Shown piece by piece: positions 41,845-55,236 of a DNA stretch of 64,000 nucleotides. Source of the DNA: Eledone cirrhosa. Lineage: Eukaryota. Made by a program: the position numbers and the translations under genes. Numbering within the stretch: the first letter of the stretch is position 1; each line of letters begins with the position of its first letter. The stretch lies in contig OZ024743.1 in NCBI GenBank assembly GCA_964016885.1, positions 103,912,001 to 103,976,000 of the forward strand. The letters run 5' to 3'. The notes below the pieces were generated by a model. It made no database searches. It was not told the DNA's origin and worked only from the letters and a program-made list of their open reading frames with translations.

Positions 41845-42332
41845 TCTTGATTGTCTTCATGCAACAATTTCTCTCTCTTTTTTTTTTATTTTTCAAGAAA
41901 GAATTTCAAAATATTAATAAGGAAATGGTTCAATCAATATATAAGAAACAGATGAATGCAATCAGATAAAATTAATATTAATAATGCATGCACATAGAAG
42001 TCCAGTTTCATATAGTTAAGATTTAGTTTGAGAAAGAGGAGAGGGAGATTTTGTGTTAAGGAAAACTTTACACTACAAAATAGTTTAGATAAATTGTTTA
42101 AAAATAGATACATTGATGTGAAATCAAGTGTGAACTATTTTCATAGGAGAGAAGTGGAACAACTCTTTTCTGCAATGTGCAATTGTAGCTGGAAAATTTG
42201 TTTTTTCTATAATGTATTTATTTTTTTAGACTTTTTTAAAAATATTTCATAGATAAAAACCATGAATAAATTTCTTTTTTAAATTAATAAATCAAAGTAC
42301 ATACATATACATTTCTCACACCCACACATTAA

Positions 42333-42379
<47 letters not shown>

Positions 42380-42818
42380 ACTTTATGTGTGTCTGAGACC
42401 CTGTCAACAACCACAACTTGATCCACAAAGACAATAGGTGTAAATGGTAGAAAAAGAAGCAAATGGAAAAAGTGATGATTTGGAGAAAAAAATATATAAA
42501 GTGTTTGATGTGTAAAATGAAACGGACAGAAGAGCATCCATGAAAACAGGTCAAAGAGAGGAAAGAGTGAAAGTTTAGGAAAATGTAAGAAAAAAAATCC
42601 AAAAGGATGAAAAAGATGAAAAAAAATTTTTTTTTCAAATTATCACTGCAAACACCACCACCAAAACTAAGTAAAAAAAAAAAATACCACCACCAACATT
42701 ACAAAATTCTAAAACCATTATCACCATTACCAATTCACCACCACCACCATTACTACTACTACTACTGCTACTACTACTACCTTTACCATCACCAGCAGCC
42801 AATACCAGCTGTACTTAC

Positions 42819-42986
42819 AGTTGGGCTTGTTTGAACACCCCAATGTGGATGGGAATCAAGCTGGTCTTCAGGTTTGCTTCGACTGCTGTACTTAGGTGGA
42901 ACTGGAGGAGGTATTTTGCGAACACCAGATTGTACCTCTTGGACGCCATTCACAAGGCTGATCTTCCCGAAACCAGCTTTAGTTGT
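42819..42986 (-). CDS. cora: protein 4.1/coracle homolog exon (variable region, PxxP motif)
   Basis: atgcag|TTKAGFGKISLVNGVQEVQSGVRKIPPPVPPKYSSRSKPEDQLDSHPHWGVQTSPT|gtaagt, 168 bp, phase 0-0, open reading frame. Confidence 0.8.
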
Positions 42987-45039
42987 CTGCATTAAGACAA
43001 ACATGGAATTTCTGGATAGATTGACAGGTTTATTTTTTCAATTGCATCATGTGCCAAAGTGTTAATAAAAGTTAGTGTGCCATGTGCAAATCACCAAGAG
43101 AACAAAATGGTAAAGAAAAAACAATAGGCCAGAGACATTTTTTTAACTTTCTGCATGCAACCAATTGTACAAGTTTTGGCACAATACACCACTGCTGCCA
43201 TCTAATGACATTAACATAGCCACCCCCAACCACAGACACATGGTTCCATGCTTTGAGTTAAATGGCTTGGCTTACTTTAAAAACATGAAAAACCCAGTTA
43301 ATTAAATATTAGTGTGGAGGGGAGAGAAAACAAATGAGTTAAGCATTAAAAATGGTGTTGGGTGTATTTAACATATAAAATAATGTAAGTGCACGTGTCA
43401 AGAAAAAAGCTGACATTATTAAAGAAAAAAATTGGAGTTACATTTAAATAAGCAATTAAAAATAAAACCAGGTGAGTATACAATGTTGTAAGATAAGTGC
43501 CAGAATACATTCTAACACAGTTTTAAAATCCTTTGAAAGGTTTCAAGTTAGATACTCCATTTATATCATTTACTAATACACCACTGCCCAAACTATCATA
43601 ACTAACCTAAAACTGCCCTTGTTCTATGACACATAACTGCCCATTTTAATATCTCCAAACTTATAGATATTAAAACCATCCAACATTATGGAAGAATGTT
43701 TTATTAAGTGATTCACCAAACATCAGTTTACTAATGAAACATTAGCAACTTTAATAAAACTGTCCAACTTCTTCATTGCTTTCAAAATTCATTGAAACAT
43801 GTTCATGGAAATATAGTAAGAAAACAGTTAGAATACTACATTTCTTTAGTGTCTCCTTCTTCTGCAACTACTAAACTAGCAACAGAAGGACCACACACAC
43901 AACTTAACCAAATAAAACCTATACTTTGTTTTAACCAATATTTTCTCTAATATCATTCAGGTGTCATATTTGTTTACATGTCATATTTGTTTACATATCA
44001 ATATTGTCATTCTGTACAAGCTAGTTGATACTAAGTATGTTCTAATTTTAATACTAGCCTAAGGTATAAATGAAAAAAAATATATATATGGCTTCAGCCG
44101 GATGGCTGGAGCAGGTAAAAGAGTATATATATATTTATTTATTTGTTATCTTCTGTATATGGTTCACGTTATCCATGTCTTGTTCACAGCCCAATCTGAA
44201 ACAATTTATTCATTTTCTGTATCAATATCTGTTGTTTCAGATAAAGAAATCTACTCATGTGGCAGCTGTGCAAATACATCAATAAAGTGTGTGTGTGTGT
44301 GTGTGTGTGCGTGTGCGTGTGCGTGTGCGTGTGTGTGTGTACACACACACACAATCTTCATTTTCGATTTTTTTTTTTTGTCTTTACTTGGACCTTTTTT
44401 TTTTCTTTTTCTATATTGTGATCTTGTCCCTATTTTGTACTCCTGAAGTAGGGTTTAAACCGACACAGCGAACATTCTTTCCTCTTTCCAATATAAAGCA
44501 TGAAACTAACAAGACTTTTCCCACCTCTGTTTGATGTCTCCTTGAAAATACACATACATGTATTTATATAAACACTGTATGGTGCAAAATTTCCCTGAGG
44601 AAGGGAAGATGCCCAGTGTCACAAGCCATATTATGAAAGACAAGAGCAGGTATAAAAACTGAAATGTGTAGGAAATAAAATGGTGTAACTTCATCTGCTG
44701 TTTATATTATTATTCTATATCTGTCTCTCTCTCTATATATATAAAGAATTTGGCAAGGAAAGACAATCAGTGGATATAGCAGGTTAGAAAATGATGTAAA
44801 TAAAAAACAAAAAAATTGTAAGTAATCTCCTTGTTTACTACTTATGTTTTTTGCATTAGTAAAAAAACAAAGTTAAATATTAAAGAAAATAAAAAATAAT
44901 TATAAGTGAATGTGAGTTGAAAGGGAAGTCATGGCCAAGTTCTTAGGGCCCTGGTTTAAATATCCAGATAGAACTGCTTCTACACACACACATACATGGT
45001 AATGGTGATGATGATATATATATATGTGTGCATGGGTGT

Positions 45040-45700
45040 TTTTAAAAATCTATCCCTTAATATTAGTCATAGGATTTCTATCATAACCAGTAAGGAGATA
45101 TTTGATAATGCACCACTATATTATAATGCTCTTCAATATAGTGGCTTCAAAGACAAGATTAAGTACATATCCAACACCCCCCCAAAAAAAGAACTACAAA
45201 TAGGAATAAAAATATAATCTGGTTCACCCTTACTCCCTAAACATAAAGTCTAATGTAGGTAAGAAATTCTGAAACCAGTGTTTCCCCATTCAAAAAAGGT
45301 ATAGCTACATATGCAGTAGGTTCTACATCAAAATACAATATTTTTACAGCCCCATTGTGAGGTTGATAACTACTAGAAACAAACCCAAAGAAGATCCAGG
45401 ATGCTCTTGCAGGATAAGAGAAAACTGCTCACAGCATCAGAATTATAACATTGTCCATAGTATACAGGGTGGAAGTTACACCTGTTACTATCAACCATGC
45501 AGAGAGAATGTCCTTTAGATAAACTGAGATGAAGACAACAACGACCATTGTAAAATGAGTCTGGTAATTAAAAGACAAAGTAGCCCCCCATGCAATAAAC
45601 TGGAGAAATTTGGAAAGTCCAGATCATATATTAATGGATCAAAGAGATGTTCTCTTTGAAAAAATTCAGGATTCTACAAGGTTTGAAATTGTCAAACAAA
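45040..45700 (+). mobile_element. Penelope-like retroelement remnant (RT thumb to GIY-YIG region)
   Basis: Decayed frames encode KNLSLNISHRIS..KEIFDNAPLYYNALQYSGF, KNIIWF-PYSLNIKSNVGKKFL, CSCRIRENC and IVYRVEVT, typical of PLE proteins (IIWFNPPYS..VKTNIGKKFL). Confidence 0.72.
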
Positions 45701-46287
45701 TATCTAAACTCAAAGAAGGAGGTCAGTAAGGGCTGCTTACATTTTAAGAGTATTTACTTTCATCATAGAAAAAAACCACAGCCCAGATATCCAGTCATCA
45801 CAAACAGAAGTATTACATCCACCATTATGTAACATTCTGAATTGCTTGACACCTTTTTCTTCTACACTTTACACTAACAATTGACCCAAATTACTCACAA
45901 ACAATGGAGCACACATGTTATATCACAGCATATTGCATCACTATCTCAAGAACACACAGGCGTCACCTCCCTTTTACTCTGGTTTAATATATTCTTCTAG
46001 TTATGTCCTCTTTTCACAGAGGATCTCACCCAAAAGTCTCATTCAGCCCTCTTGCCACTACATTTAATGAAAGGTAGAGACCATGGGTCTACTTTCTGCA
46101 TTGTGTCCATTGTGTGCCATAAAATTTAAGGTTCTGCAACAAGCATTACGTGTAAGAATCATAATTCATTCTTAATCATTATGTAAAGCTTTTTCCTTCA
46201 AACAAACCTTAATGCGACATACACTCATACACACAATATATTAGTGTTATTTTTATACGTTATAAAAATTTCAAATGTTAACCTGCT

Positions 46288-46342
<55 letters not shown>

Positions 46343-47179
46343 AAAATTTCATGCAAAATTAAAAGAATCAGTTAGGATTAATAAATTAGCTTCAAAAAGA
46401 AACAAAAATTTTAAAGAGTTAATTACAAAAACATATTTTTTTAAAATATTTGTGCCATGAATTAATTCAGTTAATAAAATATCAAATTTGTTTCATATAA
46501 AAATATAACAAAAATAATCTTACGTAAATAAAGCTGTTGACTTAGGAAGCATTGGGAAATTTTGAACTGAGTGTGTCTCATTGCAAATGCCCATAATAAT
46601 AGTTGATCAGTATAACATTTAAGAAAATTGGTAAAACGGCCATGTGGACAGGTGCCTCTATTCAATTTTTCCCATCTCCAGGGATACTTTACGCTACTAT
46701 TTATAATGATCAACTACAGTTATGGTTATTTGTGTTGGGATACACACATTTCAAATGTTTCAAATTAAATTCACTCTAGTAGTCAAACAAATCAAATACA
46801 AAAATTAGGCATGGTGTTCTTAAAGGCTGCTGAAAACAGCAAATGCAAAATGGACCTAGCAATACGAATTTCACATGCAAGTATAAAGCTACAGCACATC
46901 ATTTGAAGAAAATATTATTGGATATGCACAAAGAGCATATCCAATAATAATAGTATGATAAATAACTCCATTTTGGTTCTTTCAATAGTTTCTACTTACT
47001 TCAGTGTCTGCTAACTACTACCCTGTCACAACTAAATATGTCGACACTGCCCTACTTCTTTTATCGGATTTACCGTCTAATGCTCTTACATCACTCATAC
47101 ATCACTACCTATTCTTTTTAATATCTATTTTGCCTAGATTCAAACTAAACCTCCTCTAGTTACCTTGTCCTCTTACTTG

Positions 47180-47217
<38 letters not shown>

Positions 47218-47965
47218 GAAGAGAACCAAGGTTTTAAAATTAAATCCATCTTTAATATCTACAATGGTTTCTATACAAGTGATAAGCTTACATGTATAAG
47301 CAAACAACGAATCAATCAGTTATAGCTAATTACACGGTGATCCTTAACCATTAAGTAACATAACTATAGCTACATTCTAACACAGGACATAAATTAAACA
47401 AACTACTTTACACCATAATACACCCCCCCCCCCCCCCTGTTAGTATTACACTAATTTTCTGATTTGAATTTACCACTAGATATCATAATTCAGCATGTTA
47501 TCAAGTCATTTTATGTTTTCTACTCCTGATCATCTGATATCAGAGAGTAACCTGACTAATATTATTTATATTTTTACCTATTGTACATCTATTAATGCAA
47601 AAACTACTTAATTACTGTTGTGGTTTTTGGACTGTAGCTTCTCTCTCTCTGTATGTTGTTTACGTATTACCAATGTAGGATTTTCTAAGGCTTACACGAA
47701 ATTATATATACTGCCTTATACCTAAGCCTAAAAACATACTTCTTCACCATAATTACTAACTTGTACATCTACCCACATCAGTTGCTTTCTTCATTGCTAA
47801 CCTGTATTCAACATTTGATAATGTGCATGCTCTTAATATATGTTTTTGTTAAATTCAATCCATCTTAATAATCCTGATGATACACAAATGGTTTCTATAT
47901 TGTGTGAATAATTGTTAATTAGTTATAATTGACTAATTCGTTGTTTGCTTATACATGTAAGCTTT

Positions 47966-48135
47966 TAGGGGAGTGGAAAATTGATTAATTCAACCCCCAG
48001 TGCATTACTGGTGCTTTATTTTAACCCCTTAAGAGGGTGAAAGGCAAAGTTAGCCCTGGCAGGATTTGAACTCAGACTGTAAAGGACCGTAAGCATCATA
48101 TCTATCACTCTACTGATTATGCCAATTCTCCGCCC
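47966..48135 (-). mobile_element. Meta-domain SINE
   Basis: Same family as 12520-12700 (aggatttgaactcag; aaaggcaaagttagccc). Confidence 0.65.
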
Positions 48136-48323
48136 TACGGCTTTATATAATAATAATAATCAGTTAACACTCCCCTCACAATTTGGTGGAAAAGGGGAAA
48201 CTGTGAACAAGCTTTCTGAATAAAGCCAAGTAACAAAGTAAATTGAAGTAAAATAAAAATGAATAAAAATATAATCACAGGGTGCAATAGTTGTCTATAT
48301 GTGTGAAGTAGAAAGACTCCTAC

Positions 48324-51179
48324 CTTTTCTGGTTTAGTAACTGGTATGAAGGACATTTTGTTGTCAATCCATGATTCTTGTCTTGGAGAGCCTGTTTCAC
48401 CAACAACAGTTGGAATAACGTAGCCGATAACACCAGGAACACCATAGCTGTCGCCTCCAGGTACAGTGATCGTACTAAGCTGAGCATTAGGACTGTATAT
48501 TTTACCCTGAGGACCATAGAATCTGCCGTCAGGACCATAGCATTTACTGTCAGGGCTGTAGAGATTACCGTCAGGACCATACACTCTGCCGTCTGGACTG
48601 TAAACTTGTCCTTCCGGACCATAACCTTTACCATCGGGACCATACAGTCCACCGTCAGGGCCAAACAACTTGCCCTCTGGACCATATATTGAACCATCAG
48701 GACCATGACCTTTACCATCAGGTGAATAAAATCTTTGATCAGGACTGTACAAGTTGTCATTGGGACCGTACACTCTGCCATCTGGGCTGTACAGTCGATC
48801 ATCAGGACCATATATTTTGCCATCAGGACCAAATAATCGGCCATCAGGACTAAAGACCTGACTGTCAGGGCTGTACGGTTTACCACTGGGCCCATATACT
48901 CTACCATCAGGGCTATAAACACTGTTGTTGGGACCATATCCTTTGCCATCACGACCGTGCAATTTACTGTCAGGGCCATACACTAAGCCATCTGGACCAT
49001 GTACCTTGCCGTCAGGACCATAATTTCTGCCACTTGGACAACATATGGTGCCATCAGGGCCATAACCTCTGCTGTCAGGTGTATAAAACCTTTCGTCTGG
49101 ACTGTATAGTTGTCCGTTGGGTCCTATTACTCTTCCATCAGGAGTTTGCTGTCGACCACCAGGACCAAATACTTTGCCGTCTGGACCATAAAATCTACCG
49201 TCAGGGCCAAAATATCTACTGTCAGGACTGTACAAGTTACCGTCAGGACCAAACACTCTGCCATCTGGGCCATATACTTGTCGCCTGGGGCCATATCCTT
49301 TACCATCAGGGCCATATGGTTTGCCATCAGGGCCATATATTCTACCATCAGGGCCATACATTCTACCACCAGGACCATAACCATTGCCATCAGGATCATA
49401 AAATCTTTGATCGGGAGTGTACAATTCTCCATTTGGACCATACAATCTGCCATCTGGACTGTATGCTTCACCATTCGGGCCATATCCCTTACCAGCAGGG
49501 TCTGGAAGGCCATAGCCTCTACCTTCTGGAGACCTAGATACTTTCCCTTCTGGAGAACCACAAACTGTGCCATCAGGGTTATACAGTCGATCATCAGGAC
49601 CATATATTTTGCCATCAGGACCAAATAATCGGCCATCAGGACTAAAGACCTGACTGTCAGGGCTGTACGGTTTACCATTGGGCCCATATACTCTACCATC
49701 AGGGCCATAAACACTTTTGTTGGGACCATAGCCTTTGCCATCACGACCATGCAATTTACCGTCAGGGCCATACACTAAGCCATCTGGACCATTCACGATG
49801 CCGTCAGGACCATAATTTCTGCCATTTGGACAACATATGGTGCCATCAGGGCCATAACCTCTGCTGTCAGGTGTATAAAACCTTTTGTCTGGACTGTATA
49901 GTTTTCCATTGGGCCCTATTACTCTTCCATCAGGAGTTTGCAATCGGCCACCAGGACCAAATACTTTGCCGTCTGGACCATAAAATCTACCGTCAGGGCC
50001 AAAATATCTACTGTCAGGACTGTACAAGTTACCATCAGGACCAAACACTCTGCCATCTGGACCATACACTTGTCGCTTGGGGCCATATCCTTTACCATCA
50101 GGGCCATATGGTTTGCCATCAGGGCCATATATTCTACCATCAGGAGCATATATTCTACCACCGGCACCATAACCTTTGCCATCAGGAGCATAAAATCTTT
50201 GATCGGGAGTGTACAATTCTCCATTTGGACCATACACTTTGCCATCTGGACTGTATGCTTCACCATTCGGGCCATATCCCTTGCCAGTAGGAGGATCTGG
50301 AAGGCCAAAACCACTTCCTTCTGGGAACCCAGAAGCATTTGCTTCTGGAGGCCCACAAACTGTGCCATCAGGGTTATACAGTTGATTATGAGGACCAAAT
50401 ATCTTGCCATCAGGACCAAATAATCGGCCATCAGGACTAAAGACCTGACTGTCAGGGCTGTACGGTTTACCACTGGGCCCATATACTCTACCATCAGGGC
50501 CATAAACACTGTTGTTGGGACCATATCCTTTGCCATTACGACCATGCAATTTACCGTCAGGGCCATAAATCTTGCCATCTGGACTGTTTACAATGCCGTC
50601 AGAACCATAATTTCTGCCATCTGGGCACCATACTGTCCCATCTGGGCCATAACCTCTGCTGTCAGGTGTATAAAACCTTTCGTCTGGACTGTATAGTTGT
50701 CCGTTGGGTCCTATTACTTTTCTGTCAGGAGTTTGTAGTCGACCACCAGGACCAAATACTCTGCCGTCTGGACCATAAAATCTACCGTCAGGGCCAAAAT
50801 ATCTACTGTCAGGACTGTACAAGTTACCGTCAGGACCAAACACTCTGCCATCTGGGCCATATACTTGTCGCCTGGGGCCATATCCTTTGCCATCAGGGCC
50901 ATATGGTTTGCCATCAGGGCCATATATTCTACCATCAGGAGCAAATATTTTACCACTGGGACCATAACCTTTGCCATTAGGAGCATAAAATCTTTGATCT
51001 GGGCTGTACAATTGTTTATTTGGACCATACAATCTGTCATCTGGGCTGTATGCTTCACCATTTGGCCCATAACCTTTGTCGTGGGGTGGTTCTGGAAGGC
51101 CATAACCATTGGCTTCTGGACATCTGTAGCCCCTGGACAGAGGCACTGGCCCAGGATAAACGTCTCCATTGACAGTTGA
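48324..51179 (-). CDS. cora: giant repeat exon (952 aa of YGPDG heptads) of the protein 4.1/coracle homolog
   Basis: ttttctag|STVNGDVYPGPVPLSRG...IPVTKPEK|gtagga. 2856 bp without a stop, phase 0-0, on the same strand and phase as the flanking 4.1 exons. Confidence 0.85.
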
Positions 51180-52375
51180 CTAGAAAAGATAAAAAATATA
51201 ATCATTATAGATTTTATTTTACAAATGAATTATGAAATATTTTCATAAACTTAATTTATTAAAAAAAAGTGCTAAAGGAAAATTAGTTAAGCAAAACAAT
51301 AACTGTAATGTATAATATGGTCAGTCAGACTGTACAACATGTATCAATCAGACCACAGCTAAGCAATATATGGTCAGGGAACAAGAAACAAGTTGAACAA
51401 AGCATACTCTCAACTAAAAATTGAACTCATGAAAGAAGTCTGGTTTCAGGTATTATGAAAGTGATATTTAAAAAAAAGGAAATGTAAAAGAAAAATAAGC
51501 AAAATATTTGATAAACTTAAGTCTACATGGTAACCAATGTTACATACACAGAAATACATATATAAATGAATGTGTAAACATATGGACAGGCTGCATTTTA
51601 CTGTGCCACCAACACAAGCAAAGTTGTCTGCCAGGCTAAAGTGTTTCCACTTCACTGCGTCAGGTTTGGTTCAAAATTACTTTTGTCTTGGTAGGATCAC
51701 CTGTAATTGGTTCATGTCATTCGATAATAACAGCTGAGGGTAGAGGGTCACTGATTAGAGATATGAAGATGGGGGCATGCTTTCCACACTAGGCTGGGAG
51801 ACTTTCAGTGTGCATATGGCTTGTTTGGAGTGCATGAATACTATGAAGTGGAAGAGGGTAGCTGACAGTAGACTGACAGGTGGAATAATGGTGACTGGGC
51901 GTTACAACAAAGAAGCTATAGTTTGAAGTAGAAGTCACTTCTATAAAATTGAATGAAGAAGTGGCACATAAACATTAAATAAACATGACAGAAAAGGAAT
52001 TTAAGCAAAGATTTTATAATCATACATCTGTCTTTAGATATATAATAATTGGACTGTCAGGAACACCACAACAAATTTATCCAACATCTTGTAATCAAAA
52101 GAAAGTACTTCTGACTATACTATCAAATAGCAATTTTTTAAAGATTTAAGCCTTACAAAAACTATGTAACGTATGCATAATAGGGAGAAGAAAAATTCAC
52201 AAAAGTTTCTTAATCAAAATCACTGTATAAACACCAGGTCAGCAGTGTTCAAGAAATGCAGACACTTTAAAAGAGCGCCTGTCCTAGAACTGAGCAACAC
52301 CACCTTCCCCAGAATGAAATCAAACAAATGCATAAACATTTGTAATTGCTTCATGTTGGTTTGGTTTGATTTTTT

Positions 52376-52417
<42 letters not shown>

Positions 52418-54820
52418 CTCGATCATCTTTTTTCTTTTCCCCCTTTCTCATCTAATTTTTTATCTGCCTATTTACTTAATTTCATACAACTCATAGGCAA
52501 TAGAAATATAAGTGGGTACAGCTGAAAAGTTAAAACACTCAGAAAAACAAATCTTGTAGAGACAAATATTTTCAGATCAGTTTCTTTAATGCTATAGATA
52601 TTTATACATATTTTCTTATATTTAATTCACCTTTAAAACAAAAGTAAATTATTTCCAAATATGATTGTGTATCAGCAACTAAGATGTGGTAGACAAAATC
52701 AAAGCACACAGAAAACAAAAAGAACTAAAAAAGAAAAAAAATATATTTCATACTTCCTCTCTCACTCTATCTATCTATCTCACACACACACACACACACA
52801 GTTGTTATAAAATTATTACACCGATAAACAAATAAAGCACATGAAAATACAATAATGATAAAAAAAAAAAAAAAAAAAAAATCAACAAAAGCTCAAAATA
52901 CCATGCCTTATATATACAGAGGGGTAGGTTATCGGATAGAGTATTTAAACAGATTGATGAGGGAGAGGAGGAAACTTCCTCTGGTCGGGGATGACCATTG
53001 TTTTGCACTTTAAAAGTTTCTTCTCTCCACACCACCAATGTTTCCCATCATCGGATTGATGAATGGCTTAGAAAAGAGAGAGAGTGAAAGTAAGGAGATA
53101 GAAGTGGTAGGGAGCAATGTAAAGTAGTTAAATACCTCTTATAAACATTGCAGAAAGGGTTGGCAAAATTTTACATTAGAACAAAAGAAATGCCAAGAGG
53201 GATTTAAACATAATTAGCTAAATGACATCAAACAACATTAAATGAAACAACATTAAATGAAACAACAAATAAACAGGAACAGACAAGAAAAGAAATACTT
53301 TGAAATAGAAGATAAAATATTCTGCAACAGCCAGGTGGCGGGATCAAAGAAGGAAAAACAAACAATAGAAAAGAAGTATGCCTTTTAAAATTTGTTGGCA
53401 TATATAAGGGATGGAAAGTGAAAGTGTACATGACTGGGGTGTTTGCAGGAATTGATTCTAGTAAAAACGAGAAGCAAACTGACCGTTATGAACAACAAGC
53501 AGGGTGATTATTATTAATAAGCAGGAGGATGACAAGGGGAAAGCAACATTTATTATTAGATATACATCTAACAACATTAAATGAATAATTTCTGAAGAGA
53601 TTTATATGCCATTTGGCAAATGAGAGACAGAGATGAAATGAGTAAGGGACAATTATACATGCATGGGTTCTATTTCTGGATGTGGTTATGAAATATATGA
53701 AGCAGGTGGAGACAGTAGGTTGTTCTATAGTTAGAAATACATATTTTCATGCACAGAGCTGTCAACGATCTAATATTCTAATTTACAGAATTACTGATCC
53801 ATACCATAAGGAGGATCTAAGATGTATCTAAGTAAAATGTGTCCATCTATTTAAAAAGTGTTGGCATTATGTTATTTTAAATTTTAATTACAATCAAATT
53901 AAGAGTACTTTTATAATAACTCATCGCCATATAATGTCTATTTTCATGCTTGCATAGTATAAACGAGTTGTCACCTTCTGAAGATAGACAGGTCGAGAGG
54001 CTATATCCTGCTCATAAGTTCTGTTTGGGACCTGGTTTCTATGGCTGGATGTCCTTTCTAACATCAACCACTTTACTGCATATACTGTGATCATTTTACC
54101 TGGCACCCTTACAGAATGGGATTAGGTGCTTATCATGGCACCAGCATTACCACTTTACAGGCTGGTCGGGATAGTTATTGTTTTGGCACTAACACTACCA
54201 TCATATAGTGTGGACTGGGTGCTTATATATTATAATATTTTGCTAAATTAGTTAAATAAGGCTAGAGTTGAAATGTGCCTGAGAAAGAGAGGAAGAGATA
54301 GTATGTATGTATACATATTTTACTAGTTTCAATCATTAGACACTATGTGAGGATATTGCCTTTAACTGTATAATGAATATCAACACCTGTACTTAAGTAC
54401 TTATTTTATCAACCTATGGAAGGATGAAACTAATGCACAAGTATACTTATTTAATAATATCTCTCTCCCCCTCAGAGTTATAATATACCTATTCAAAAAT
54501 GGATATACATATATATGTGTGTGTGTATTGGTACTTTAAGAAAGCAACACCAAAATTCAGCACACAGCATATCAAGGAAACGAAATAACAGAAGTAAGCT
54601 TTATTTCAGCTTTATGTTTTTCTGTTCAAATTCATAGCTGTTGCATAACTGTTATCACCGAAATATATATAACAGTGACTATGAATAAACAAAATTAATT
54701 TTAACCTGTTGACATAGGAGTATATTTATAAACAAGGACTGAGTAAACAGACCCACCTGCACACTTTGTCAAGTGCTCTATCCTGGTGAAGTGTCAGTGA
54801 TTAACCAATACATACTCAAA

Positions 54821-54872
<52 letters not shown>

Positions 54873-55089
54873 TATAACCATAGGCACTATCTTTTATTAG
54901 AAATAAATACCAAAATAGTGTATGTAATGGGGTATATGTCTAAGAGACTGGAATATTTCTAGTTGAACAGCTCTCAGAAAGAAAAAAAAGATAACAGACT
55001 TATTCTTATTAGTAGACAAAGAGTAGATCGCAGTTAAGTAATATAAGTTGGTGTAGGTAAACACCAATGGCAGGCAGAAGATGGCAAAC

Positions 55090-55236
55090 CTTCTCTACCG
55101 ATTCTTGCTCTTCATCTAGAATAGGGGGTAACTTTGTCTTCATATGCCCTGTCTGAGCATCAAATGATGTCACCTTATCCTCACCATCTTCGTCTGAGGA
55201 ATCGGAGGAGGAAGAAGAACTGGATGAATCTTTCCG
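55090..55236 (-). CDS. cora: protein 4.1/coracle homolog exon (Ser/acidic variable region)
   Basis: ttacag|RKDSSSSSSSSDSSDEDGEDKVTSFDAQTGHMKTKLPPILDEEQESVEK|gtttgc, 147 bp, phase 0-0. Possible internal alternative donor after GEDK. Confidence 0.72.

Noticed and set aside
44428-44540. Possible small exon on - after ttttcaag
   Set aside because: The phase-0 frame reaches a stop without a convincing in-phase donor, and no homology was recognised.
48135-51146. 1003-aa ORF read as a stand-alone intronless gene
   Set aside because: It starts at GTG, a good acceptor lies 33 nt upstream in frame, and a donor at 48324 precedes an AT-rich hydrophobic read-through tail. It is better explained as an internal exon.
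48320-51205. Overlapping alternative-frame and antisense ORFs (MALTV..., HQGH..., IRAI...)
   Set aside because: These are shadows of the repetitive coding frame and are interrupted by stops.
52378-52417. Run of about 40 G (poly-Pro/poly-Gly ORFs, G-quadruplex)
   Set aside because: It is an intronic homopolymer whose length is unreliable in assemblies, with no exon context.
55140-55150. Suspected frameshift in the Ser-rich exon
   Set aside because: A recount shows the 147-bp exon is open in a single frame.
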